From sequence record MK250027.1: DNA of 64,000 nt. One strand, 5' to 3'. Positions 42,401 through 57,248 of the stretch are shown here, one piece after another. Both the position numbers and the translations under genes were made by a program. Below the pieces are notes generated by a model. The model was not told the DNA's origin, made no database searches, and was given only the letters and a program-made list of their open reading frames with translations. Each line of letters starts with the position of its first letter. Position 1 is the stretch's first letter.

Positions 42401-44905
42401 AGGTTCATCAGTTTCCTACTCATATAAAGCATAATATTCTTTACCAGTTTTCTGATCGCTCACAACATTAATTGAATATGCAATATTAGTTTTCCAGTCA
42501 CCGTGACAATACCTTAAATTACCTTGAGTTATTTCAATTATAGGCAATTCAGATTTATCGATTTTAGAAAAATTCTATGTATCATCATAAAATAATATTT
42601 CATTATCCTATATAAGAATAGGGTTCTATATATAAGAAGAATCTGTAAATTCCGCTAATGTACCAGATGAAACATCTTTATTTGTTAATACAAACTAATA
42701 TTCCTATACAGGTACTAATGTTTCTAATGGAGCAGAAACATATATTGACGAATTCAATGTTTCATTATATACTTCATTTATGATAAAATCTTCTATTTCA
42801 AAATCATCATAATCTCCTATTGTTAAAGAATCAAATTCATTTAATGAGCATTTCAACATTGCTGACGAATCTCTAAATAAAATATCATTTATACACATAT
42901 CATCAACAGATGTATCTAAATGTGAAAGAGATGCATCTAATGTATCATTATGATATTCATTATTAGATGAATCTGTTGTTACATTTATATATGGATTATT
43001 ATGAACAATCTTAGGTGTTACTTTAGCAATAGTTGTAATATCCTACAAATGATGCTATGTAACATATGCCTAATTTTTCATTCTCTCAATGATTATTCCT
43101 TCACCACATATATCAGATATATAACAGTTGACACCCAATATATATTTTTCTAACCATTGTTTTACAGAGAATAATTTTGCGAGAATTTCATCCGTTCTGT
43201 ATTCATATATAGGTTTAGTTATAGGAAGTTGAAAAAATACATCTTGTTTTTCAGTAAATCCAGTGCTCAAATCTTGGTGATGTGTATCTTTATTATATGA
43301 TGATTTATATAAACCAGATTCAGGTGAAGTTGTTGGATTATCTTTTGCTGGATTATCCAAACGTCTTGTATACATGGTGATTTTTTCACCTGTTTCATCA
43401 TCTATTTCATTAAGGTGATATATCATGGATAATCTGTTTATCTTCTTATAACGTTCGAACTCACCATATGTAACACCTATTTTCTTTAACTTAGTATTTA
43501 ACGATTCACCTTTCTATAAATCATATGTCTGTAAAGTTACATATCTATCTTTGTTATTCTAATCCTTTATTTTATACCATTCCTTAAATATTAAGTCACC
43601 ATATCCTAAAAATTTGATAGCACCCATCAATGCTTTATATGTACCAACATAAGGGAATATCTGATCATAATTAATCATAAGTTCTTTAGACTTTGTATTA
43701 ATTAATGTCCAGTCAACACCCTATTCATCAACATCTTGTTCCTTAAATATATTAGGATATTTAACAGGATCAGGAATTCCAAAATTTCCTAATAATGCTC
43801 TAAACCTTTCATCTTCCCCTTCAACTTCAGTTAAGAATGTAAACAAACCTAAAATATACTTTTTCTTTGTTTGTGTATTAACAAGATACATTGCCATTAT
43901 ATTTTGATAACATCCTTCAACCTCTGTTTGAAATCCAACAGAGAAATATATTGGTGTATTTTCAGGTGTTTGATTAAATTGATCATAAAAATTTAATTTA
44001 GTATTAACCTCATATGAATCTTCCCATATAATGTTTGCAACAGAATCAGATGATATGAATCTCATTTCAGAATCTTTTTGAAATTCAAATCTCAATGTAT
44101 AATCAGTGTTTGAATTATCGAAAGTAGGTCTACAATTTCCATCGTTAGTATTAGTAATAATAATAAATGTACTGGCAGCTACAAATTCTGTTGAAACTTT
44201 ATCCTATTGAATCTATCCAGTATATCTCACACAAGGAAATAAATCATCATAATTAAAATTATTAACAATAAGATAATTAACAAATGTTCTCTAACCTAAC
44301 ATTTTATTATCTTTCTATGTCTCATCATCAAATTCTGCAATAGTTATTAAGTTATCTATTTTATAATATATTGTCTTTCCATCTTCATCTTTAATTTCCT
44401 CTGTATTTACATTATCAAATATATAATTAATTGGATAATCCTATGTAATAGTTTCAGATAAAGTATGAAAAGTTAATCTTACCGTATTATATACATAATC
44501 TGTTTGTTCTTCAAATTTTTCTTCCCATCTATGCTCATTTCTATTATATATAGTACCAGTGGATTTTGAATAATCAACTTTTTTATTAAATAATATTAAT
44601 TCTTTAATATTATTTAATTCCTTTGTAATTATAGTTTGTCCTGTTTTATGATTTACAATACTGGTATTTACTGTTATTCCAGCGTTAAATAAGAATAAAC
44701 CATGTTTATCTATTACTGTTGTTAATGTATGATTACTATCTGCAATATCATACATGAAATGTCCTGATGGTGTTTCAATAAAATACTGCTCTAACTATGC
44801 ATGCGGAATTATTTCCCATTGAATACTGTATACTTTTTCAACAGGAATTTCATATCCTTTTTCTGTAAAGAAAATTAATTTATCTCTTTCATCTATATTG
44901 TTCAT
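39419..44905 (-). CDS. Very large baseplate/tail structural protein (gp7 / tail-protein-I-like), about 1828 aa (TAG=Gln)
   Basis: Nine track ORFs share one frame from ATG 44905 to TAA 39419; YVGTYKALMGAIKFLGY motif; lies next to gp6/gp25-like genes. Confidence 0.7.
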
Positions 44906-44915
44906 CTTTCAATTA

Positions 44916-45170
44916 TCAATTTAAATTTGTAGCATTTTTAGGATATGTATATGCGTATGCCAACTTTATCTGTTTAACCTAATCTATCAAGAATTCAAAT
45001 AATCTTTCTATTTGTCTGAATATTGTATCATTCATAGGGTTAGCGAATAATTCAGGTGAAATAACATTCTTCAATATATGATGTTTATAATCATAACCTA
45101 AATTTTTATAATCATCATACATGTGGTCTTCCTATTCGGTAAATGAATTAATATACTTAAAACGTGGCAT
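44916..45170 (-). CDS. Small baseplate-region protein, 84 aa (TAG=Gln)
   Basis: MPRFKYINSFTEQEDHMY... to TGA 44916. Confidence 0.65.
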
Positions 45171-45259
45171 ATAATAAATATTCCTTTTATTTCATTATTT
45201 ATTATGAAAAAAGAGAATAACTCATTTCTGAATTACTCTCTTTTAATATTTTATATTTA

Positions 45260-45634
45260 TTATTGTTGGTTTACAATAATACCTAAACATTTCTTTTCAT
45301 TTATACTAATATCTATCAATGCATATTCATATGGATCATCTGCATTCTTACCAAACATTACATCAATAGATAATTCCCATTTATTACTGTCATAATAAAC
45401 ATACTCTATAATTTCCTATCTGATTGCAGTTAATATTTCTTCTTTATTTAGATTCATTCTAAATAAGTATTTTTCAAGATCACAACCAAACATAGGTGTT
45501 CCTAATACTTCTCCAGGTTTTGTACCCAAAACAACTCTTATCTATTGGAGTAATTGAAATACTTCATCCTATGTTTCTACTTTTGGTTCATAATCAAGGT
45601 CAGTAGGAAGTTTACAATATAATTCTCTTGTCAT
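45260..45634 (-). CDS. Baseplate wedge subunit, gp25-like, 124 aa (TAG=Gln)
   Basis: LQQIRVVLGTKPGEVLGTPMFGCDLEKYLF matches the gp25 TxxGExxxxPxFG motif. Confidence 0.85.
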
Positions 45635-45639
45635 AATTA

Positions 45640-47556
45640 TTATGTAATAGTCTTAAAGTTTTCCAATGTTAATTTGTTATTCTATGTATATCCTATCAAC
45701 TACATGTTAAATGCAGATAATGATTCATAAGATTGAACGTCTGAATATTCTACACCATCTGGAGATGTAAATCCACCTCTAATCAATGGTAATATATCTC
45801 TGACTTCTTTTGAATTACCATTATAATCTGCATATGTCCGTGTTAATATAATATCACCATAAGAATCAATACCGTAAAATCCTCGCTCACAATATATATT
45901 CTCATTTTCTACATCTGCGTCAAACCAAACTTTAACAGAATCAATTCCGTCTATTGCTTCGAATAATGCAGTAATGTCAGATAATGGAATAATATCCTTA
46001 CGTGTGAAATTAATAAGATAATTTGATAAAGCAGTCAAACATGCAGAATATACACTCTATATATTATATCCTTCCCAAATCTTCACCTGTGTATTAACTG
46101 CAAATCTTGGTGTCTTTGGTTCAAGAATCTTATTTTCAACTGTAATGATTTTCTACCCTGAATTATCAATTAAGTTAATGATATTATTCTGTTCATCTGT
46201 TGATAATGTAAATACAGATTCATCTACAGTGAAATAATTAGAAGATGATGAAATCCGTTTACTTAAATCAGGAATCAATAAAAGATATACAGTATTATCC
46301 GCGAGATCAGTATCCTCAATTTGCTATTGCGCGAAATTTCGTTTACTTAAAATATCCTGAAGATTATTATATAATTCCTTCGCTTGATCTGATTGTTCAC
46401 CATATACAGAAACTGCATCTTGCCAGTCACTGAATGTATTTTTATACATCGTATTATATACATCGTAATTAAGCTATGCCATGTAATTAGCTTGTTTCTA
46501 TGTATAGCCTTTAATTATTTCTATTGTGGAGAACATATTCATTCTCTTAAAGAAATATCTATAATTAATTTCATTCGCTAATACAAATGATCTAGATGTA
46601 TGAGGCGCAATTAACTAAGTTAACATTATATCCTCTGATGCCGAACCAAATATAACGTCTGTATCACATTGAACTCTGAAATTATCAGCTAATGAAATTT
46701 CAGAACCATCTGTTGCATATCCAACACCTTGTATCTCAAAATATTGATCTTGATCTAGTATTTGTTTTGGTAAGTTTCCACCTGCACCATCTGTTACTAC
46801 ATATTCTACATAAATAGTTGAGCCTTGTGAAGGTGTTTTTCCCATTGCACCATTACCGAATATAACATCAATTCCACCGTTAATACCGGTTTTAACCATA
46901 CATGCTTTCTAATCAAATCCTGCATCTATAAGAGAATCAACCATATCCCATAATTCACCGTTTACATAAACATTAATAAAATATTCATCAATATCTGCAT
47001 AATTTCTTTCTGTGAAATTATAAGATTGCCATTTACCACCTGATGCAGTAGCTGCTTGATATTTAACTGTTCCTTGTATAATTGTTGCAGTTATATAATT
47101 ACCTGCTGTCATTGTGATCTAAGCAGAATCTGCGCCAAATAGAATAGTATAAGTTGCTCCATTAATTGCGCAAAGAAGTTTTGTTCTATTAGGTATGAAA
47201 CAAACTGTTCCATTCAAATCTTGATTACCGGTGTCATAATAAACTATCTTAACAGCACCACGAGCTGCAATAGCTCTACCAGCATTATGTCCCGCTAATC
47301 TTGCCAATCCTCTAATCTAATCAGGTCTATATGCTGTTTTTATATTTAAACCTGTTATAGAATCTTCTATATAATAGAAAATCATTCTACCGAGATGAAG
47401 AATTACAGAAAGTAACTATGCGAAAGGTGAAGCCATTGTAAATTGCTACCCTGTAACATTATATGTTTTCTTCACCCATGCAACAGCATCATTCCATAAT
47501 TGTTCATATTTAAGACGGTTCAGCTTGAATATTTTTATATCATAAATTGATGCCAT
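45640..47556 (-). CDS. Baseplate wedge protein, T4 gp6-like, 638 aa (TAG=Gln)
   Basis: Joins track ORFs 47119, 46909, 46615 and 45700; TAYRPDQIRGLARLAGHN, VIFGNGAMGKTP...IYVEYVVTDGAGGN. Confidence 0.8.
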
Positions 47557-47558
47557 TT

Positions 47559-48776
47559 TTATTTAATTTTCTCTAATTTTTCTAGTCTTTTTTCGAATTT
47601 TTCTAATGTTTTTCTTAAATCCTTATTTTCGGACTCAAGTTTAGAAATTCTCTATTCATGTATTTTCTTCGTCTTTTGAAGATCACCTAATACAAGTGAA
47701 ATAGCGGCTGAATAGTTAACACGCCAATGATTAAGATCATCCTTATCCATCAAATAAGATAAACCGTGTTTTTCAAGATCCTACGCGATAAATCCATATG
47801 AAAGTTCAGAAGTATCAAGCCATCGGAATTGAATAACATCCGGTATATAAGTAGATGTATCTATTTCCTAAACATCCGTTTTCAATTCAATATCAGAAGA
47901 AGCGTAAAAAGCATTTGCGTAAACATTCTTTCTTGAAACATAAACATTAGTCTCTATATTACCGTCATCCGCGATATATTTTGTTTCGCCAATATCACGT
48001 CCATTATAAGATTCCTCTGTAATACCGAGAATATAATATTTCTTATAATCAGCAGTTGTATATGAAAGTGAACCCGCGTTATATGTTTTCCACATTAATT
48101 GGTTATTCGCATAATTAAATACAGGGACTTTACCATTTTCCTAAATAGTAGGTTTTAACCATGTAATACCTGGTGTATTTGCACCATATTCATTAGACAG
48201 TGAACCCCAAAAAGATATATATCCTGTAGAAGGACATGAGAATACAAGATTATTACCATTATAACCTATACCAGGAAGATCTTGTATTTTTTCAGTTCCT
48301 CCTTTCATTCCAAATACAATACCTCCTGACATTTTTCCACCAATTAAAGGGAGATATGTAGATGTATTATAATCTTGAAAACTATCAATTTTCGTATTTA
48401 CTTTATCTATTGAACTGTTAAGCGAATCTAAATTATCGTTTATAGTTGTCTTAATCTCATCTATAACTTCAGTCGCACGAACTGCTGTATCAATCGCATA
48501 AAGTGAAACATCCAGGCGATAAAGTCCTGATGCAGTATCAGATTCTATCTTTGTTATATAATAAAATGGAAGTTGTGCTTTATTTAATGCTTCTGATATA
48601 TTTGTCTTTGAAACTGAATTTAACTTATTTCCTACTACCAATAATCTGTTATTAAGAGATGTTCGGTAAACCTGTCCATTATAAGTCTGCTCAAAATATA
48701 GAGTCTCTATACATGTCGCCAATGAAATAGGGTTACCATCTCTTGTATATTGTTGTCTAACCTAAGCTGTCTACAT
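47559..48776 (-). CDS. Tail fibre/spike with a C-terminal Peptidase_S74 intramolecular chaperone, 405 aa (TAG=Gln)
   Basis: SSDIELKTDV...FRW...YGFIAQDLE...VNYS followed by a coiled coil. Confidence 0.8.
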
Positions 48777-48834
48777 TCAAATTATTTTCATTTAACTTAT
48801 TTATTCATGAAAATATTAATATGTGATTATTATA

Positions 48835-49716
48835 TTATGAAATAAAATAAAAATATGGGATAGTATTATCTAGAGATGGTACCCAAGTTGCAATGTGTTC
48901 ATATAAATAATACTTGCCTATCATAGAAGACTCATGTGCTGTATGGTCACAATAAAATAAACTAATAGCTTTATTTCTTGGTGTATGAGTTGTTTCACTG
49001 CGAACTTTATAAATACTATATTGTTCATACGTCCTATTATCATCATAATAAATATTATAATTTTCTCCATATACTATAGTATGTTGATCATATGTTTCAA
49101 TTCTGTTGTCGTCAGGTACTTTACTAATAATCTCACCCAAATTTATTGCGTGTTGAAGTACCATACCATTTATTATAACATCCTCGCTATATGAATTACA
49201 TGATATACAAATTAACGCTGATAAATCTACCATTTCTGGATATAACGGTTTTAATGGATTTGTTATATCTTCTTCTGTTACTAATGATATAAAATCTTCT
49301 TGCTTCTCATTAAATATAAAATAATTAGATGTATAACCACTTAATTCTACTGCATACATATACAATTCATTAGTATATTCAATACTAGCTGTTTGATTTA
49401 TTTTAAATAATGGTGTATTTTTATACGTATATGTAATTATTCTTGAACTCTAACTATCATTTTTAGTTATATTACATACTATTAGTAACGCTGTTCCTTC
49501 TGTACTTCCCTATTCATTTATTGTATATGCAGAACAACCATCATAATTAGAACTTATATCATATCTTGTTTGCTTTAAATTACCTTCATAATTTTCATCT
49601 TGATCTTCTAATCCAAAATAAAGAGAACTGTCTTGATAAGATAATGTTATATTGGTTTGCTCAGTTTCATCCTTAATTATTGTTATAACATCATTTAATT
49701 TTTTATATTTTGACAT
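48835..49716 (-). CDS. Hypothetical structural-region protein, 293 aa (TAG=Gln)
   Basis: Track ORFs 49510..49716 and 48835..49365 are in one frame. Confidence 0.75.
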
Positions 49717-49871
49717 ATTTTAATTTTTATTTTCTGTATCTATAAGTATATCTAAAATACCATATATTATTATACATAACTATTTTATTTAAACATAATT
49801 AACAAATTTTTGTATAATATATGTGTTGTTATATTCAAATAATAAATAACAAAAATATTATTTTTAATTTA

Positions 49872-50534
49872 ATGGATAAAGTTTTAATAGGATTTGATTT
49901 TTCAATGAATAAACCTGCAGCTACAATATATTTTAAAGGTTAGTATTATCATTATTTCTGGCCATTGAAAGTTACCAATAAAGTATAGAAAATGTATGAA
50001 GATGCAAATGTTCATATAATTAACAGAAATATGTCTTCAGTTGATACAAAGAAAGTAGAAAATTCATAGTTGGTTTTGATTCATACTATAAGGTCTACAG
50101 ATTTAGCAAATCTTATAATTTCTGATATAGATGATTTAATAGAAAATACATTTAATCTTTCAGAATATGAATTATATGTATGTTCAGAAGGTTTATCATA
50201 TGCATCAAAAGGTGACGCGACACTTAATCTCGCAACATATAAAGGTGTTCTTCTTTCAAAAATATATGAACATTATGGTGATCATCTGTCAAGACTTTAT
50301 ACATATTCACCTATTACTTTAAAGGCAACAGCCGGATGTTCATCAAAAGAGGATCGCGCTGATAAAACAAAGATGATTAAAAAATATATTGCATAGAATA
50401 ATAATATTAAGTTACGCCTTTGTTTAGTAAATGGTTATATGAAAGCGAAAACAAATTATATTCCCGGTATTGATGATTTGGTCGATTCATATTGGGCATT
50501 GAAAACCATGATGTTAAAAGAAAATATATCTTAA
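49872..50534 (+). CDS. RuvC-like Holliday junction resolvase, 220 aa (TAG=Gln)
   Basis: IGFDFSMNKPA, CSEGLSY, SPITLKATAG and DDLVDSY acidic triad. Confidence 0.75.
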
Positions 50535-50541
50535 TTTAATT

Positions 50542-53202
50542 ATGTCCGCAATATTAAATATGACAATCAATAATTCATATGATATGTTTGCTAATTAGAA
50601 AGTATCATCAGGAACTGTTGTAACAGAAGAAATGAAATCTGGACAACATAAAACTACAACAGAAATGGTAGATATTAATGCGTATGATTATGGTATCATT
50701 GATGTTGGTATGACTTAGTTTGATGATACATTAAATTATACAGATAAAGTTAAACAAGCATAGATAAGAATTGAATTATATAAACAACAACTTCAAGAAG
50801 CAAAAAGTTGGATAGAACCTTTATAGACAGAAATAAACAAAGTATAGTCTGAATATGATGATTATAAATCACAATATGATACGGCAAAGAAAGAAAATAC
50901 AAACGAAGCATTAATAAGTAATCTTAAAAATATTGTATCTAATTATAAAAAACAATTAAAAGATTTATAGTCTTAGTTTGATAAGAATAAAAAAATTACA
51001 TAGACTCATCCGAAACTTATTACTAATTATACAAATTTCTATAATGATTTGATAAAGTATGGTAGTAAGAAAGCAATAACAAAAATAGATGAGTTTGGTA
51101 ATGTTGAGCAAGCATAGCAAGTTGATTTAGATAATCTCGACATAAATCAAGCACCTGGTATGTCTATATCAGGAACCATAACAGACGCAGTTACACAATA
51201 TCTGGAAGTTACCGTATAGTCTTTAATTGCTGGTGGTGCTAGTAATATAATGAGTAGTTTAGGTATTAATTAGGAAACATTAGGTATGGCTAAAACTATA
51301 CTTAACCTTATGGATTCTGCATTATTCAATATTGTTGGCATTATTAAAATGGTGCCAACAAATATACATATGGTGCCAAGTGCTAAAGTAGCTATGAATA
51401 GTATATGTACATCTTTAAAAGATATGTATCAAGCTATATATATTGATTTGGAAAATTAGTATTATGAAACTATTAATGATGCAATTACTAATTTGCCTAC
51501 AATGTAGGAAATGTTAAAAGAAGCATAGGAAGTTCTCATTAATTCTATATGGTCAATGATAGATATGCAATGTGTTAAATACACAGGGCATACATTCGCT
51601 GAACTTTATTTCATGTGCTCAGATTATATTCATTTATATAAGGCATGGAAAGAAGCACGCAAGGAACGTAAACGTTAGAAAAAAGAAAAAGAGGAAGCAG
51701 AAAAAGAATCTGGTATATAGCATACATCTGGTGGTACTATACATAAAAAGATAACAGTTGAAACCGATCCAGATCTTATTAAAGAATCTTTAATGGAACA
51801 ATTAGCACAAGCTTCAGACCTAATATATAATTCATTTATTATTATATAGATAAAAGATGCTATAGATGATATAAAGATGTTAATAAGTTAGTTTAATAAT
51901 GTTGATTTAGATGTATTATCAGAAGGAATAGATTCATTTGAAGATTTAATGGATATGTTAGTTGAAATGGGTTTGGATAATGATGGTGCTGTTATAACAT
52001 TAGAGAAAGCAATACAAGAAGGTATAAATCAATTCTCCAGTAATCTAACAAGTTTATAGAATTAGATAACAGCGCAAGCAATCTCATCTGGACTTACTAT
52101 CGCGTCCACTGTCGCGTCCAGTACATCAATTAGTACAAGTATTAAGGATGAACATTTATACGACTTTACGAACGATTTAAACACATTTACGATGACTCTT
52201 AATATTTACAGTGATCCTACAACAAAGAAAGCAAAAAAAGAATTAACAAAAGTTTTATCAAATGCGCATCAAAAAGATGGAACAAAGATCTTTGAAGCAT
52301 CTGATGTATTGTCTATTATCAATGCTATAGATGAAGGATATGTAATGCAAAAAGATTAGACTTTAAATTTAGTTAATTTTACATTTAAGATTCATTTCGA
52401 AATAAAAGGATTTAACAAAACATTAAACGAAACAATAGATGCCGTTAAAATCGCTAATGAAATTGCATAGGAAACTGCAAAGGAGAAAAAGAAAAATGAT
52501 GCTATTGCATAGTTTGAATTAGGTATAGTTGAAGAAGAATATACAGGAGATCCAACTAAAGCAACGTAGAGACCTACATTCCAATTAGTTCATGAATTAT
52601 TCTCAATATTAAATGAGATATTTCCATAGTTAAAAATAATAATGAAACTTATAAGGAACTATAAGATTAATAAAGCAAAAGTTGAAGCAAATGCATCTGG
52701 TAATCTGCTCGGTATGGTAAAAGTATTAGCCGCAATTAATAAATTATTTAAAAAAGCTAATAAGAATAAAACGAATTTCTATACTGTAAGATCATTAAAA
52801 TTATATAATTACATAACAAAAAGTATTGTTTATATAGGTTCTGATATAGAAGTTAATATAGATATACCAAATACAAGAAAACTTTATCTTTATTTAAAAA
52901 ATGCTAATTTAAATTATGATGTAATTAAATAGGATTTACCTACCATTCTTTATATAGATTAGGAGTCTATAAAGGAACAGATGGATGCAATGAAAAAAGA
53001 TTTAGATAAAGCAAGTAATTATTTTGATGATGCATCTTTATTTGTTCAATATCCTGATTCGAAATATCCAGATGGAACATTATTAGGTTTAGATAAAGTT
53101 GAAGATGCAGATCCTGAAATTTATTATAGTGATTCATCATTACCTTTATATGGAAGTTAGATTTTAAGATGTTACGGTAAAGATTACGATATATATGAGT
53201 AA
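50542..53202 (+). CDS. Large hypothetical (likely virion) protein with coiled coils, 886 aa (TAG=Gln)
   Basis: ATG 50542 to TAA 53202; very TAG-rich; includes track ORF 52642. Confidence 0.75.
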
Positions 53203-53224
53203 AATATATTTAGATTATGATTAA

Positions 53225-56110
53225 ATGACAAAAGAAGAAAAAATATATTTGGATGATTTAATAACAAAAGCAATGACGGTCGATACAGATGAGATAGAAG
53301 GTTAGCAGACAATAAATCTTAATGATATAAATTTATGTGCTGTTGATTATTCAAAATCTGATATTACATCTGATTATGATGATTTCATGAATATAGACGG
53401 AATAACCGATTAGTCTATATTATAGAAAATGTATGACGACAAGGATTTATGGAAATTAATCATAACACCACCAGAAGAAGTACCTGATATATTATCTGAT
53501 ATTGATACAAGTACAAGAGTTATAATTGAATTTTCAGACGCTACTGTTAAAGATCCAAATCCTGTTGAATATTCTCTTAATATAAAACCAGGAGATACAA
53601 TAGACAACAATACTATAATAGGGTCTGTTATGTAGGAAGGAAAGATGAAACCAATTAAATCCATATTTGAAAAAGGACATGTAATGAGTAAGAATGATGA
53701 CACTGAGTTTTTTAGATTATATCCTTCTAAATGTGACAGACATATAGTATTGGATAATACATTAATAGGATTGAATGAAGATTATAATGTTGTTAATGAT
53801 GTTTCAGAAATAAATGCTGAATTTTCAAAGGAAGGTTCATTATATGCTCTTATAACTAATAATTTATGTTAGTCCCTTTTGCCATGCGTATTAGCAAGGA
53901 GATATAGAGGGACATATACAAGAACAAAAACCAGAGTATATACAACAGATAGTTTAGGACATTGGGAATATGGAAATTGGTATTTAAATTCTTCTGACGC
54001 AAGTTATGATACATTAGGGTTAGATACATCATTAATAGTTGATAGCAGTTTATATAAAGAATATAAAGATAACGCAAAATATGATACATCTTTATTTGTT
54101 TTTGATATAACTAATGAGAAATTAAATACTGGTGTTACAATATATGATACGTCCATTATGATGAATCTTCATGAATCACAAGATGTATTTGGTTCATCTA
54201 TTATCGCAGAGGATGTTACAAAAGCTGACATGAAATCCTGGAGAAAACGTGCAAAGAAAAAACGTAAAAGAAAGAAAGTAAAAAAAGAAATAAAAGATAA
54301 AGCATACAGGTAGACAAACAGAATTAAAAATTCTGATAATCCATATGAAGCAATATAGAAAGAAGGGAAACGTTTATTAGATGCAAGAACCAAATATGTT
54401 GATGATATTATAAAATTATATAAATCATTAGATACATTGCCATTATGTAAATATGATCCTAATTATACAGATTGTAAATTCCTAGTAAACAACAATATAG
54501 ACGGTAAAACATATACTGAAGCGAATAGATATGATGATGAATTCTCTTATATACCTATCGGAGATTCGGACCATTATTAGAATTATTATTATAGTTTACT
54601 TGGAAATATTAATTTATTATCAGGATCAACAGATACTTATTCATAGGAATATTATAACTTAATAACAGATATTATCAACAAAAGATTAGTAATAGAATCA
54701 AGACATAGTGAAGATCTTATGTATGATTTTATGAATTTATTTAATAATAATGTTAAATAGTTATTCAATATATATGTAAAGAACTTAACAAATGATATTA
54801 TAAAAAGAGAATTTAATAAGCTAAAACCGTTAATTGCTACTTATGTATAGAATGAAAATAAATCATATAAGGAGTCTATAAGGAAATAGTTCACTGTTGA
54901 TAATAAAGAGAAATATGGATAGGAATTAGATGAAGAAGCAATTCAAAATGCAGGTGAAAAATATACAGGAGATAATGAATATAAACAAATATATGATTAT
55001 ATTTCTTCTTTATATTCATATGATTCAGATGAAGACACTGACACACCTAATGAGATTTGTTCATAGTTAGCAACAATGTATACTTATATAAAATCATATG
55101 GTGATGGAAGTTCTAATCCGTATAAGGATATTAAAGATAAAAATGAACCTTATATATATTTAAAATTAATATAGGAAGAATCAAAGAAAATAAGAGAATT
55201 TTGGGATAAAGTTCTAAAAGAATATGAAGATTGTTCATATGATAAATGTTATAATTCACTTATAAATTTATCTGAAAAAATGGATGAATATGCATAGTGG
55301 CCAACGCCTTAGGATATAACAATAGATAACATATATTATCAACATTATTTGTTTGAGAACATATATCCAAGTGATTTAGATAGTTCAATTAATGACATAA
55401 GTATAGGCGATTATAATTTTCCTGATGAAGTTGATTTCCCTGAAATACCAGATGATGTTTCAGTTGATGAAAATTGGGCTATTGATGAAATGAATAAACA
55501 TGAATAGTTACCACCTGATGACATAAACGCGATAACTTTTAAAGACTTTCCATATTGGAAAAAATATTTCGCATTAGCTACACTTATATGTATTGTTCCG
55601 ACATTCTGGAATTGTGGTCTTGATATATTTCCATTTATATAGTGTATACCTTTACCATGTATATTCATTGCTATTAAATCAATATATATACCGATGTTCA
55701 ATATGATAATGGTATTTGGAATTGCTATACGAGGAATGTACCCATGGCCAATTATTTTATATGTTAACACAAGTGATCAACCTATATCTATATTAACGCC
55801 GTTAATTGCTATATTAGATAGATTAAAAAATGTATTTTATGGGAAATTAGATAAGATAGAACAAGTTCCTATATAGTCTTTAGCTAATGCGTATATAGCT
55901 AAATTAAATAAGGAAATTAATGATTTGAAAAAAGAAAATATTAAATTAGATAATTTTAAAACAGTTATAAAATCATTGAATGTTCCAAAAGCAGAAAGTA
56001 TAAAGAGATAGTTTGCGTCTATAGTAGATCCATCAATCGATATGAGACAAAGACTTACAAGATTAGAAACATTATCAAGAAAATCAAAAGCTAATTACAT
56101 GGCTAAATAA
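53225..56110 (+). CDS. Large hypothetical (likely virion) protein with a hydrophobic Pro/Cys-rich C-terminal region, 961 aa (TAG=Gln)
   Basis: Joins track ORFs 53429, 53645, 53879 and 55694; ends TAA 56110. Confidence 0.75.
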
Positions 56111-56115
56111 TTATC

Positions 56116-56814
56116 ATGGCATATACAAAAGATAAATTTTTAACAGATATTAAAAAGATGAATAAAATAAATGACAAATATGAAGATAAGGCATACGAGT
56201 CTATTGTAGAAAATCTGTTTTTATTAAATAAAAGAGGTAAATGGAAAGCAATGGGGTTAGATGAATATGATTCAGAATCTAATTCTAAATTAACTTTAAT
56301 TCCTGGACATATCTATATGTTTAAATATATTACCGATACAGCAACTAAATATAATGACGGACATATTAAGTTTGAATATTATGACACATTGCCATTGGTA
56401 TTATGTACGGGGAATAATAAGAATATTATATCGGGTATTAATCTTAATTTATGTAGTTATGAATTAAGAACATTAATATTGAATGATGTATATAATTTAG
56501 ATCCTGATTTCTTTAATACTAAAGCATCGGAGCAAGCACATCAAGGTTAGTTGCCAATATCATAGAATATAAATAAATTCTTCATAAATGATGATGGTTA
56601 GACAAAGTTATTAAATTATATTAAAAAGAAATATAACTTATAGAATACAGGATTTATATTCAGGACATATAATATTAAGAAAATAAAGGACATAAGATTT
56701 ATAGAACCATGGCAATGGCAATATATTCCATTCTTAAAATATAAACAATCTGTTAAAGAATCAATATTAAATATGATATAGAATATAACAGGGATTAGTA
56801 AAATTAAAATATAA
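56116..56814 (+). CDS. DNA end protector protein, T4 gp2-like, 232 aa (TAG=Gln)
   Basis: GHIYMFKY...YYDTLPLVL...GINLN motif; extends through TAGs to TAA 56814. Confidence 0.75.
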
Positions 56815-56822
56815 AATTAAAT

Positions 56823-57200
56823 ATGATTTATTTTATTTCAGGACATAGAGATATAACAAGAGAAGAATTTAAGAAATATTATGAACCTAAAATTCAAAAA
56901 GTTCTTAAATACGATAAGGATGCTAAATTTGTGGTTGGTGATTATCAAGGTGTAGATATAATGGCTCAAGAATATATTGTATCTTTGGGTTTTTTAAATA
57001 GAATAACTGTATATCATATGTTTGATAAACCTAGAAATTTGGCAGATCCATATATACAACGTTCTGGTGGATACAAAGATGATATTGATAGAGATTCTGC
57101 GATGACACGTGCCAGTGATTTTGATATTGCTTTTGTTCGTGAAGGTAAAGTAAATTCAGGAACAGAACAAAATATAATGAGAAGAGTTAAATTTAGTTAA
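56823..57200 (+). CDS. SLOG-superfamily (YspA/DUF2493-like) protein; TAG-free
   Basis: FISGHRD, VVGDYQGVD, RDSAM...DFDIAF, SGTEQNI motifs. Confidence 0.7.
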   Translation: MIYFISGHRDITREEFKKYYEPKIQKVLKYDKDAKFVVGDYQGVDIMAQEYIVSLGFLNRITVYHMFDKPRNLADPYIQRSGGYKDDIDRDSAMTRASDFDIAFVREGKVNSGTEQNIMRRVKFS

Positions 57201-57206
57201 ATAAGA

Positions 57207-57244
57207 AAAGGATGATTAACTTTATATATGGTTAATCATCCTTT
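57207..57244. terminator. Bidirectional terminator
   Basis: AAAGGATGATTAAC / GTTAATCATCCTTT between convergent genes. Confidence 0.85.
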
Positions 57245-57248
57245 ATTT

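Noticed and set aside
925-55770. Short antisense or alternate-frame track ORFs (e.g. 925, 2101, 5974, 7049, 7815, 8961, 13295, 13693, 14310, 15126, 28011, 29223, 30543, 31261, 31528, 35097, 41409, 45204, 46245, 46393, 48985, 51572, 53410, 53856, 54169, 55411)
   Set aside because: Shadows of longer, motif-bearing genes on the other strand or frame, with low-complexity I/F/L composition
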